This document shows positions 40,155 to 50,008 of a DNA stretch of 64,000 nucleotides, piece after piece (position 1 is the stretch's first letter; every line of letters starts with the position of its first letter). The DNA comes from a candidate division FCPU426 bacterium (lineage in GTDB: Bacteria > Oederibacteriota > Muellerivitia > Muellerivitales > Muellerivitaceae). Made by a program: the position numbers and the translations under genes. The notes below the pieces were generated by a model. It saw nothing but the letters and a program-made list of their open reading frames with translations, was not told the DNA's origin and made no database searches. The stretch covers positions 224,001 through 288,000 of the forward strand of contig CAWCKJ010000004.1 in the NCBI GenBank assembly GCA_963796105.1. The letters are read 5' to 3'.

Positions 40155-41138
40155 ATGCTTCTGTATTAAGTGACCCTTGAAATAAAGGAATACATAGGTA
40201 TACTGTCCGCTACGGGAGGTGGTACATGAGCTACCAGCGGATGAAAAGCATTAAAATTCTGAGGAAAATCCACACGGAAGAAGAAGCCCGCCAATGGGTG
40301 TGGAGATGCCGTTTCGGCGGGAAAGACTTTGTTTGTCCCCAATGTGAGGGCGAAAGCTTCTGGCAACACCAGGCCAAGCCTGAAGTGAGGGAATGTGACT
40401 ATTGCCGGAAACGTCTTCGGCTTCGCGCCGGGACGATTTTTGAAAGCTCCAAGCTGCCTCTTTTAACCTGGGTCAGGGCCATCAGTTTGATGATGCAGGG
40501 CAAACGGGGTATTTCGGCCCTGGAACTGAAGCGGCATTTAAATCTTTCGGATCATTCGGCATGGCTTCTATTGCATAAGATCCGGGAAGGTCTTAGGCAA
40601 AAGGACGAAAGCTATACTCTAAAGGGCGTCATTGAGTTGGATGGGGCGGTTTTTGGGAAAAAGGCCAAGGAAAACCAAGTGGAAGTCTTGGTGGCGGTGG
40701 AAAGCAAGGAATGGGTGGATGAGAATGGTTGCAAGAAGGAAAAAGCGGGTTTTGCCAAGGTGAAGGTAGCTATGGAAACCAAGTGGGAGAGCCAGGAATT
40801 CGTGAATCAGACTATGGAAAAAGGCTCTTTCCTCAACACAGATGCTTCGCCAGCCTTGCGTGAACTCAAAGGAGTGGAGGCAGACTACCGGGTGATGGCC
40901 AATGACCCGAAAGAGTTGGAAAGTTGGTTGCCCTGGGTACACCGGTTCATTTCCAACGCCAAGGCCTGGATCATTGGAACTCATCATGGCGTTGATGCTA
41001 AGTATTTAGGCCGGTATCTAAGTGAATATGCCTATCGGTTCAACCGTCGTCATGATCCCGATTCCTTATTTCACCGTGCTTTGACCGCATGTGCCTTAGC
41101 AAAACCCATTACAGCACGGTCACTTTGTGCATAAGCAT
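40155..41138 (+). mobile_element. IS1595-family insertion sequence
   Basis: Imperfect terminal inverted repeats ATGCTTCTGTATTAAGTGACC / GGTCACTTTGTGCATAAGCAT. Flanking direct repeat AGCTTTTTCC (40145-40154, 41139-41148). Confidence 0.88.
40226..41134 (+). CDS. IS1595-family transposase
   Basis: Zn ribbon CPQC...CDYC, AGTIFESSKLPL, IELDG, NTD, GTHHGV...YLSEYAYRFNRR. Confidence 0.92.
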   Translation: MSYQRMKSIKILRKIHTEEEARQWVWRCRFGGKDFVCPQCEGESFWQHQAKPEVRECDYCRKRLRLRAGTIFESSKLPLLTWVRAISLMMQGKRGISALELKRHLNLSDHSAWLLLHKIREGLRQKDESYTLKGVIELDGAVFGKKAKENQVEVLVAVESKEWVDENGCKKEKAGFAKVKVAMETKWESQEFVNQTMEKGSFLNTDASPALRELKGVEADYRVMANDPKELESWLPWVHRFISNAKAWIIGTHHGVDAKYLGRYLSEYAYRFNRRHDPDSLFHRALTACALAKPITARSLCA

Positions 41139-41164
41139 AGCTTTTTCCGTTTGAAAAGGGGGAT

Positions 41165-41503
41165 TTAAATCTTCGTCAAATCCGCTTCTTGAAACATCCT
41201 GCGGAATGGGACACCTAAGGCTCGGGCGAGCTTTTGCACGATCTTTACGGAGGTATTGTACTTATCCGAAAAAGATTCAATGTAAGTGATGACTCTTTTG
41301 GCCACCCCGGCGCGGGAAGCAAGTTCCGCCTGGCTCCATCCTTTTTCTCCACGTAGTTCAATGATGTTGTACGCCAAACAAGCCAGCGGTTCCGGCTCTT
41401 TCAAGGCCTTATAGGCTTCTGGTTTTCTTTTTTTTAGTTCCTTCAAGTAATCTTCGTGGCTGGTGCCTAGCGTTTCGGTACTCTGCCGGTGTTGCGTTTT
41501 CAT
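41165..41503 (-). CDS. XRE-HTH antitoxin (HigA-like)
   Basis: LRGEKGWSQAELASRAGV...ITYIES...KLARAL, downstream of a small RelE-like gene. Confidence 0.75.
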   Translation of the reverse strand: MKTQHRQSTETLGTSHEDYLKELKKRKPEAYKALKEPEPLACLAYNIIELRGEKGWSQAELASRAGVAKRVITYIESFSDKYNTSVKIVQKLARALGVPFRRMFQEADLTKI

Positions 41504-41527
41504 AAATTCTCCTATTCCCCGCTATGT

Positions 41528-41821
41528 TTAACCGTTTTCTATCTCTTTGATATATCTCTCAACCGCCTTATTCTCGGCCGGGCCCGGTTCTCCTTTGCGA
41601 TCCAAATGAGCCGCAAGAACATAAAGAGTATCTTTCCCGTCGTAATAGTAATAAACGATTATGGCTTCACCATCTTGGGTTTCTAGTGATCGCTCAAATT
41701 TACCCGCTTCTTTGGCCTCCCCTTCGATCTGCTTGTATTGAAGCGCCTGTTTAACAATTTCCCTTGGGCCATAATGCTTCCATGTAAATTCTTTGAAGAA
41801 AGGTTTCAGCTCAATCTTCAT
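41528..41821 (-). CDS. Putative RelE/HigB-like toxin
   Basis: About 97 aa, ending IIVYYYYDGKDTLYVLAAHLDRK...ENKAVERYIKE. Toxin-first gene order. Start placed downstream of the predicted promoter. Confidence 0.5.
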   Translation of the reverse strand: MKIELKPFFKEFTWKHYGPREIVKQALQYKQIEGEAKEAGKFERSLETQDGEAIIVYYYYDGKDTLYVLAAHLDRKGEPGPAENKAVERYIKEIENG

Positions 41822-41862
41822 TTTTGGTTTACCATCCAAAAGCCAAAATTTACTATATTCCA

Positions 41863-41891
41863 AGTATATAGCATTATAATGCTACTTTCAA
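41863..41891 (-). promoter_or_regulatory. Sigma70-type promoter with palindromic operator in the spacer
   Basis: Minus strand TTGAAA-17 nt-TATACT. The spacer contains the perfect palindrome TAGCATTATAATGCTA (41869-41884). Confidence 0.75.
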
Positions 41892-42149
41892 GAACCTAAA
41901 TAAAACCGCAAAAATGATCGTACGGGAAGGATCCCCGCCGCGGACAAGGCTTGATCCCCATTTTCATTAATTACTCAGGAAATTTCTGTTTTATCAACAA
42001 ATCCCATCGCAACTAATCCCAATTTTTTCGGGAAAACCGACTACCGCTGAAAACAAGTGGAATTTTAAACTCTAAATCCTTCGATGAAACCTGTGGGCAG
42101 GGCTACCGATACCTTTGGGCATGGGATTCTTGGAGAAAAATTCGACCCC

Positions 42150-42374
42150 CTACGCTGGCTTCTCGTCCATCCCTTGGCGTTTAATGCCGCTCCCGAAGTC
42201 ATCCGTGAATTGATCCAGGGATTTTTCAAGAATTTCCCACCCTTTGCCCCGGGGAAACAAAACCAACAAATCGCCGATCCTGTTGATGACAACCTCTTTG
42301 GAACCGAACCGAAATTCCTTCGGCATTCGGACGGCCTGGCTCCTACCCATTTGAAAAACTTTAGCTGTATTCAT
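42150..42374 (-). CDS. AbrB/VapB-type antitoxin, no adjacent toxin
   Basis: [21 protein letters not shown]...[15 protein letters not shown]. Confidence 0.85.
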   Translation of the reverse strand: MNTAKVFQMGRSQAVRMPKEFRFGSKEVVINRIGDLLVLFPRGKGWEILEKSLDQFTDDFGSGIKRQGMDEKPA

Positions 42375-42413
42375 GTAAAAACCTCTCTGGTATATACAAA
42401 TACGGATGTCAAA

Positions 42414-43460
42414 TTACTGTTTTTTCGGCTGGGGCCACTGGTCCTTAGGAACGTCCTTATAGACTTCCTCCATCTTCTGGAATCCGTCCGCGATAACCGT
42501 GTCCACCATGTTGTCCTTGGTGACCGGGATAGGGTCCAGGAAATAGCTGGGCACGTCCTTCTTCCCATTGTTGGTGGTGAGGGCGCTGGGCGGCATGGGT
42601 TCGTGCTTGGCGAGCTTCACCGCGATCTCGGCCGCCTTGGCGGCCAGGTACCTGACGGGCTTATAAACTGTCACGGTCTGGGTGCCGGCCACGATCCTCT
42701 GGCAGGCCGCCAGCTCCGCGTCCTGGCCAGAGACCAGGACTTTTCCCGCCAGCTTCTGCTCGGCCAGGGCCTGGATGCTCCCCCCCGCAGTCCCGTCGTA
42801 GGAATCCACCACCGCGTCCACCTTGTTGTCGGTTCGCGTGAGGATGTTTTCCATGTTCTTCAGGGCGTTCACGGCCAGCCAGTCGTTGGACCACTGGTCC
42901 CCCACGATCTTGATGTCGCCCTTCTTCACCAGGGGGTCCAGGATGTTCCTCTGGCCCTTCCTAAGCAATATGGCGTTGTAGTCGGTCGGCGCCCCGCCCA
43001 TGAGAACGTAATTCCCCTTGGGCTTGAGGTTGACCAGGGTGGAGGCCTGTAGTTCCCCCACCTTGATGTTGTCGAAGGAAACGTAAGCGTCCACTTCCTC
43101 GTCGAGGATCAAACGGTCGTAGGAAACCACCGGCACGCTCATCTTATGCGCAGCCGCCACCAGCGTGGCGCAGCTCTTGGCGTTGTGGGGAACAATCACC
43201 AGGCACTGGATTCCCTCGGTGAGGAGGTTCTCCCCCTGGGAATTCTGGAGGGTGTCGTTGGAGTCGGCGCACTGCACCAGGACGTCGGCGCCCAGCTCCC
43301 GGCACTTGGCCGTGAAAACGTCCCGGTCCTGGGCCCAGCGGGGAGCCCGCAAGGTGTCCATGGTCAAACCGATCTTCAGGGTGTATTTATTCTTATGCCC
43401 GCAACCGGCCAGAAGTAAAATTCCGAGTCCCAAGACCGCAATGAGTTTTATTCCTCGCAT
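42414..43460 (-). CDS. xylF: D-xylose ABC transporter substrate-binding lipoprotein
   Basis: LAGC lipobox. RWAQDRD, VVSYDRLI, YVSFDNIKVG, GGAPTDYNA, VSGQDAELAACQRI, TVYKP. Confidence 0.85.
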   Translation of the reverse strand: MRGIKLIAVLGLGILLLAGCGHKNKYTLKIGLTMDTLRAPRWAQDRDVFTAKCRELGADVLVQCADSNDTLQNSQGENLLTEGIQCLVIVPHNAKSCATLVAAAHKMSVPVVSYDRLILDEEVDAYVSFDNIKVGELQASTLVNLKPKGNYVLMGGAPTDYNAILLRKGQRNILDPLVKKGDIKIVGDQWSNDWLAVNALKNMENILTRTDNKVDAVVDSYDGTAGGSIQALAEQKLAGKVLVSGQDAELAACQRIVAGTQTVTVYKPVRYLAAKAAEIAVKLAKHEPMPPSALTTNNGKKDVPSYFLDPIPVTKDNMVDTVIADGFQKMEEVYKDVPKDQWPQPKKQ

Positions 43461-43544
43461 TTTCTTCTCCTTTAAAATCCGTTTCACCACAGATCCCCCC
43501 GTGGACAAACCATTTTTACTTTTTGGGAAGGGGTTCTAATGGGA

Positions 43545-43946
43545 TTAATTCAAGAAATCATGAATGCTTAGCGCCCATTTCCCGCCCACTCTCCTTAAAG
43601 CTTTGTCCTCAGTTACCAATGGGACATCCAGCATATGGGCCAAAGCCAGGTATTGGGCATCATAAAAACTAATTTTTTTCTCCGCGGCGAGTTGAAGGGT
43701 TAGGTCGGATTCGGCCTGCATTTCACCCGGGATAAAAACCCCTTTGGCCGTTTGGAATAATTGAGCCGCCATCTTTGGGGTTAAATGCTTCTGATGGATC
43801 ATCAAGGCCAATGCGTTTCCAAACTCGTATTCCCAAAGCGGGGAGGTCCGCCAGTCAGGATCTTTTTCCTGTAAGCGTAATGCCGAAGCGGTCATTTCCC
43901 CTTCCACTATCCGGTAAACCAGTATATTGGCGTCCACCACGATCAT
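43545..43946 (-). CDS. PIN-domain toxin (VapC-like)
   Basis: MIVVDANILV, EFGNAL, SFYDAQYLALA, LVTED. Confidence 0.9.
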   Translation of the reverse strand: MIVVDANILVYRIVEGEMTASALRLQEKDPDWRTSPLWEYEFGNALALMIHQKHLTPKMAAQLFQTAKGVFIPGEMQAESDLTLQLAAEKKISFYDAQYLALAHMLDVPLVTEDKALRRVGGKWALSIHDFLN

Positions 43947-44161
43947 TGGCGGCCCCATCGCTTTGCATGATCCAGCCATTCATTGGTAGGCCGGAATTTC
44001 AATTTCACCGGCGGAGGAAGCCGGCCGATGCCAGGCCTTCCCAAAGCCTGTTCCAAAATAGAGACCGCTTGTTTGTTCATGGAGCGGTGATTGAGTTCGG
44101 CCTGCTCTTTCAATTTTTTCCGGAGATTCTCGGGAATGTTTTTAATCAATAGGCTCGACAT
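43943..44161 (-). CDS. Ribbon-helix-helix antitoxin (FitA/Arc-like)
   Basis: SLLIKNIPENLRKKLKEQAELNHRSMNKQAVSIL. ATGA overlap with the PIN gene. GATACC/GGTATC repeats upstream (44180-44207). Confidence 0.85.
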   Translation of the reverse strand: MSSLLIKNIPENLRKKLKEQAELNHRSMNKQAVSILEQALGRPGIGRLPPPVKLKFRPTNEWLDHAKRWGRQ

Positions 44162-44293
44162 GGACCCCTCCACCCGCAAGATACCATTAAGATACCGTTA
44201 TGGTATCCCTTTGTCAATTTCCTTTTGTCCCATGCCCCTGCGCCAAGCCTGGGGCTGGGCGCTCCCCGCCGAACTCCGTGTTAAATGTTTTTG

Positions 44294-46525
44294 CTATTTG
44301 ACCTCGATGGGTCCCAAGGGGCCCTCGTACAATCCCGCGCCGCCGGGGCCGTTGTAATTCCGGATGGCGATGACGTTTTCCCCGCCGAAATGGACCAAAC
44401 CCGCCGGTACCTCGTAATGCCTCTCCTTGTTCCAGGCCGTGTCGTAGTTGGGGGGCAATTTTCCCATACGCCCGATTTCCTTGCCGTTGAGGTAGCTGAA
44501 ATCCACGTCGTCGATCTTGCCCAAGGGGATGACCAGGGAATGCCCTTTCCACTCCGCAGGAATCACCACCTTCTTGCGGTACCAGCCGAAACATTGTTCG
44601 CATTTGTAATTGGAATGGTCCTCCCAACTGGCGGGAAGTTTCACTTTTTCCCAATCCTTCTCATCCAGGTCGGGTTTAGACCAGGTGGGGTCGTCCCCCC
44701 TATGGAAAAGCCACTCCCCTGAAAGGTCCATGGCTGGCAGGGCCGCCTTGGACGCGAAAGCCGGATATCCATCCGTTTCCACGGACACGTGGTAGATCCC
44801 CGCATTGGGCATTTCGCTTTTGATTTCCACCCTGCCTGTGGCCAGCGGCGCGACCGTAACCTCCTCGGAAGCAACCTCTTTCCCGTCAACTAAAAGGGTC
44901 ACGGATTTCACCAGGTCGGTATCCTCATAATTCTGGAAAGAGGCGGAGCCTGTCAGGGTCTGTCCCTGGGCCTGAACCTCGGTTCCTCCCATGCAAGCCC
45001 CTTTCAGGACCGCCTTATAAACCACGGGCATGACTCCCTTTTTAGGCGGGTTCGGAAGCACCAGGGCCTGGTCATTCCTTTCCCATTTGATCTTCTCGTC
45101 CGATCCCAGCAGGGATACCTCATCAATCACCAGGGCTGGCGAGGCTTTCTTGCCCAGCATCGCGGCCTTGATGGAATGGGTCGGGGGCAGGAGCGAGAGG
45201 ATATAGAGGGTGTTGCCCTTGAGTGTGAAGCGGATATCGCCTTCCTTGTAGTCGCCGCCCTCGGAGAATTTCCCCCCCTGTTCCTGGGTCGGGCCCTCGC
45301 CGAAGGTAACCCAGGGCCTGGTGCCGTAGATGGCCTCGCCGTTCGCCTTCAGCCATTGGCCCATGTCGAGAAGAACCTCTTCCTCTTCCTTCGGGATGGT
45401 TCCGTCGGGTTTCGGGCCGATATCCAACAGCAGGTTCCCGTTCTTGCTGACGATATCCACGAGGTTTCGCACCAACAGGTCGGCTTTCTTGTAATGGTCG
45501 TCCTTCAAGTATCCCCAGGAGCCGTAGCTGATGGTGGTGTCGGTCTGCCAGGGCTCGGGATTGATGCCGGTAAGTTTGCCCTTCTCCACGTCCATGACGG
45601 AAGTCCCCTTGACGTAGGCCTTGTCCTTGGTGTTGAGGACCGACCAATTCTTCCTCTGGGCCGCGCGGTCGTAATAATAGGCCGTGAACTTATCCAGGTA
45701 GGGCTTGAACACCGGCTTCTCGCCGACCCACCAGTCGAAATACACCACTTGGGGATGGTACTTGTCCACCAGCTCGCAGGAGCGGGCCAGCCAGTTGCGC
45801 AGGTACTTGTCGTCGGGGACGGTGTTGTCGGGCTCCGCCGGGCCGTAGAACTCAGCGTACTTGGGGTCCTTCACGTCGGAATCGAACTTCATCCCGCCGT
45901 TCATGAACCACCAATGCTCGGCCCGGTGCGAGGAAAGTCCGAAGACCAGCCCGGCTTTCCTGACGGCCTTGGCTAGGTCCCCGATCACGTCCCGCTTGGG
46001 GCCCATTTTCTTGGCGGTCCAGTTGGAAAAATCCGAGTTGTAGAGGGCGAAACCGTCGTGATGTTCCGCCACGGGAACCACGTACCTGGCCCCGGCTTCC
46101 TTGAAGACATCGGCCCAATGGTCCGGATCGTAGTTCTCGGCCTTGAACATGGGGATGAAATCCTTGTAGCCGAATTTCGATTGGGGACCGTAGGTGGCCA
46201 CGTGGTGCTTGAAGGCGTCGTCGCCCTCCTGGTACATGTTGCGCGAGTACCATTCGTTGGCGTAGGCTGGAACCGAATAGAGGCCCCAATGGATGAAGAT
46301 GCCGAACTTGGCGTCGCGGTACCATTGGGGCACCTGGTATTTTTTCAGGGATTCCAGATTGTCCCGGAACAATCCGTGACGGACAACATTGTTTACTGCC
46401 TGGACCTTCTGGTCGACTTTCCTCTTTTGAGCCGCCGATTCCCAATTAGCGCCCATGGCGAGTCCCGTGACAGCCAGGATGATGGCGGATAATGTTAAAA
46501 CCGGTTTCATTTTTACTGAGTTCAT
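44294..46525 (-). CDS. Secreted alpha-L-fucosidase GH29 with C-terminal galactose-binding-like domain
   Basis: WYRDAKFGIFIHWGLYSVP, AEHHDGF, YFDWW, IVSKNGNLLLDIGP, NGEAIYGTRPW. Confidence 0.93.
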   Translation of the reverse strand: MNSVKMKPVLTLSAIILAVTGLAMGANWESAAQKRKVDQKVQAVNNVVRHGLFRDNLESLKKYQVPQWYRDAKFGIFIHWGLYSVPAYANEWYSRNMYQEGDDAFKHHVATYGPQSKFGYKDFIPMFKAENYDPDHWADVFKEAGARYVVPVAEHHDGFALYNSDFSNWTAKKMGPKRDVIGDLAKAVRKAGLVFGLSSHRAEHWWFMNGGMKFDSDVKDPKYAEFYGPAEPDNTVPDDKYLRNWLARSCELVDKYHPQVVYFDWWVGEKPVFKPYLDKFTAYYYDRAAQRKNWSVLNTKDKAYVKGTSVMDVEKGKLTGINPEPWQTDTTISYGSWGYLKDDHYKKADLLVRNLVDIVSKNGNLLLDIGPKPDGTIPKEEEEVLLDMGQWLKANGEAIYGTRPWVTFGEGPTQEQGGKFSEGGDYKEGDIRFTLKGNTLYILSLLPPTHSIKAAMLGKKASPALVIDEVSLLGSDEKIKWERNDQALVLPNPPKKGVMPVVYKAVLKGACMGGTEVQAQGQTLTGSASFQNYEDTDLVKSVTLLVDGKEVASEEVTVAPLATGRVEIKSEMPNAGIYHVSVETDGYPAFASKAALPAMDLSGEWLFHRGDDPTWSKPDLDEKDWEKVKLPASWEDHSNYKCEQCFGWYRKKVVIPAEWKGHSLVIPLGKIDDVDFSYLNGKEIGRMGKLPPNYDTAWNKERHYEVPAGLVHFGGENVIAIRNYNGPGGAGLYEGPLGPIEVK

Positions 46526-46792
46526 AAAACCCTCCTGAGATTTTTTCGCCCATAAGTTGGTAAATCCGGTGGCCTGAAATGAGAGGCCTATTATCGTTTT
46601 TAAAAGGAAAGGCTGTCAAAAAGAATATCAGGGGGAAAGATCAATCAAACCACAGAGTTAATGGAGTTACACGGGGTAAAAAGTTATATGAAAGATTGGC
46701 ATGTAGCTAAAGACTATTTAGGACAGGTGTGAATGGGAATAAACAATCAACGCGGGTTGAAACTGGTTTGATTTTCCAAATGAAAGAAAACG

Positions 46793-49717
46793 TTACCGCA
46801 AGACCAGGAGTTTCAGGACATAACTGTCGCGAACAGTCGTTACCCGGACAAAGTATAAGCCGTTGGACAAGGGTGCTCCCCAGTTGTCCACGACACTTAA
46901 CACGACTTTTCCGCTCGCCGGCACGCGGGGCACGATGAGATCCCGGATCTTCCGGTAATTGGTTGTAAGGACTTGGACTTTCACCTCGGAGCCGGAAGCT
47001 ACTTTCTTGATTGGCCCATTGTTTCCTGGTTTCACTGCCTGGATCTCCAGGGAAGAGGGGCTCAGTTGGATCGTGACTGATCCAGAGGTTTGGACCGGGT
47101 TCGGGTAAAGCTCCATCATGGAGTTTCCGCTGCTTGAGCCTCCCATGGGTGTATCCGTTGGGGTAGCGGTTCCAGTTGAAACCAACGTTTCAGTGGGTGT
47201 GAGGGTCGAAGTTGCGGAAGAGCCATTATCAATAGGAGAAGGAGTTGGGGTAAGAGTTGAAGTGGGTGAATTCGTAGGTGTCAGAGTTGTTGTAAAGGTA
47301 GGGGTAAGGGTCGGCGTGGGTGTAAACGTTGGGGTGACTGTATAGGTTGGAGTAATAAAAATGGTTGGAGTCGAAGTGGGGGTTGCCGTAAAGGTGGGGG
47401 TATAAGTCGAGGTGGGTAAGGGAGCGGGGTTATAAAAATCCCCCGCGTCAAATTTTGCAATAAAACCGTCTTGAAGGCCCAAAGAATAACAAGCCGTCTG
47501 ATAAACCCCGCTGGTCGCGGGAAATCCTCCCTCATCTTCTCCAGTTATATAGACATTACCCGAACCGTCTAAAGCAATACCTCCGAGTGGTAAAGGTCCG
47601 CCAGTTGCCCCGCTGCCCATAAATGTTGAATAGAACAACGCGCTTCCATCGGCATTCAGCTCTGTCAAAAATGCATCCGCTTCATTAACCGCATTAAATG
47701 AGGTTTGAAAGGCCCCGCTGGTCGTGGGAAAATCACTTGAACCAGTAACACCCGTTATATAAGCGTTCCCCGATCCATCCACTGTAATTCCGTAACCCAT
47801 ATCATAGTACATTCCAGTTCCGGCCAAAAAAGTCGAGTAAATCAAAGAACTTCCATCAGCGCTCAATTTCGTCACAAAAGGCGCGGTAATTGATGGCTCC
47901 TCAAGTATTCCACCCGGATAAGCCGTCTGAAATGCGCCGCTGGAAAATCTATTGATGATGTAAAACCCGTCACATAAGCGCACCCTGACCCATCCACCGC
48001 GATTCCATAGCCCCAATCCTGATAGCTGCCTCCTAAATAGGTCGAATAAACCAAATCACTCGCGTCGCCACCCGCCGGATTCAGTTTCATAACAAAAACA
48101 TTTTCACCACCAGCCGTATAATAATTACCTAAAGCGGTCTGAAAGGCCCCACTTGTTGTTGGAAATCCTTGCGCGGCATATCCAGTTATATAAGCGTTTC
48201 CCGACCCATCCAACGCAATACCATTAGCTCCAATCCAAGCGCTCCCCCCAATATAAGTTGAATAGAGCAAATTGGTTCCAGAGGAATTCAGTTTTACAAA
48301 AAAACAACCGCCGGAAGTTGTTTGATACGCTCCGTTAGTCGTAGGAAAATCGGCTGACGCAGCGCCAACAACATATGCGTTTCCCGATCCATCCAATGCG
48401 ATTCCTGAACAACTACCACTCAGATAAGTTGAATAAACCAAGCCGTTTCCTAAGGCATTTATCTTTGTCAAGAAGCCACTCCCCGGCGCTGTCTGATAGA
48501 CCCCACTGGTAGTAGGGAAATCCGTTGAATTCGAGCTGCCTGTCACATAAGCATTTCCCGCACCGTCCAACGCAATACCATTGCCAATATCGCCTCCGCT
48601 ACCGCCCAGATAAGTTGAGTAAACCAAATCGGTACCCGAAGAATTCATCTCTGTAATAAATACGCAATCGTTTCCACTAATCATGCCGTTATTAACAGTC
48701 TGATAAGCCCCACTGGTAATAGGAAACCCTCCGGTGGTCCATCCAGTTACATAAGCGTTTCCAGAACCATCCACCGCGATACCTCGAACCCCATCCTGCC
48801 CGTTCCCGCCAAGATAGGTTGAATAATCCAATTGGGGGTCAATCACCAGAGGCAAGGTCTTGTCATAGATCCCCACAATGAAACTAATTTTCTGGTCCGA
48901 TCCCATTTCATAGCGGCCCTCCACCGGGATTGTTTGGCCGTCTTTCATCTGATATACCGTCGGGGAGGTGAATGGCACATTTCCCTTGTTCATGTGAAAC
49001 TGTAAGTTCCCTTGCCCGTCCACTTCAGCGTTCTGGGCGCCCTCGTAGCTAAATTTGATGACTTTCGGGTCAGCTCCCGGCTTCACCACGAAATCGTACT
49101 CCAACTTTCTTTGATTGCCGTAATACACCATATCCACACCGGGATAAACATCCTTCATCTTCACCTTGGCATAGTGGGCTATGTCAGTGTGCCACTTCGA
49201 ATGGTCATTCCCGATGAAGTAATTGCTCTTACCCGGCAACTCGTCCGCCGCCTCGAACTCCGACTTTCGGTTCCCTCCCTCAAGCCTCAGCCTTAAAACC
49301 TCCTGGGGTGCGGTTTTGAGTATGTCTTTAGGCGTTTGAGGTTTTCGTCCAAAGTTTTTAGCTGAGTCTCTGAGTCCCTGTGGTGAATTGTTTTTTTCAG
49401 CCCGCTTCAAGGTGAACACCGCCTCGGCCTCTGTCAGGTAAAGGGAGTAGCCCCTTCCCTTGGTGAGGAACTTCACCTGGGGGTCTGTCTGGCCCACGTT
49501 GGGCTCAAAGTAAAGGGGGATTTGGCCGTAATTCTTGTTGAACTTAAGCGCGCGCCTTATCTACTTTGGAAGTTTTAAGGGAGGCTTTGGACTTTTGCGC
49601 CGTGGGGGTTGAACCAGGATGATTACTTGAAACCAAACCCATCCCAAAAGCCGCGATGAGTAACGCGAAAATACCGGCGTTGATGAACCTCATACCATTC
49701 CTCGATACTTTGATCAT
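46793..49717 (-). pseudogene. SBBP-repeat (beta-propeller) surface protein with T-rich linker and C-terminal sorting-like domain, broken by two frameshifts
   Basis: Signal-peptide frame (MIKVSRNGMRFINAG...) stops in a GC-dinucleotide run near 49545. Frame 2 (YFEPNVGQTD...YSTYLGG repeats) shifts near 47940, where DFP[TT]SGAFQ has lost 7 nt. Frame 3 ends YPNP...KLLVLR. Confidence 0.85.
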
Positions 49718-50008
49718 GACCTTTCTCCCGTTTGCTCAATTTCACGCAGAAAAAGTCTAGGCATACCCTGTTTCAATCTTTTAAAAGTATACCCCTGATG
49801 CTTGATAACTTCCTTGCCGGACTACCAATAAGATGTCTGCATTCCCGCAGTCAAAACCTAAAAACTGGTCTTTCTCCTACTTTATAGTGCTCAATAACAC
49901 GCGTTTATTCCCTCAATCGGGACATTTAAAAATGGTTGTTTTAAAAGGATTTATTGAAGGAATGATTAAAATGCCGTTGTTACGTTTGTTTTATTAACAA
50001 CAACATTC

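Noticed and set aside
39623..40169. ORFs with repeated VPEFQESRIWWFQASS peptides (also 36604-37080)
   Set aside because: They are translations of the tandem array, cross IS ends and have no evident RBS.
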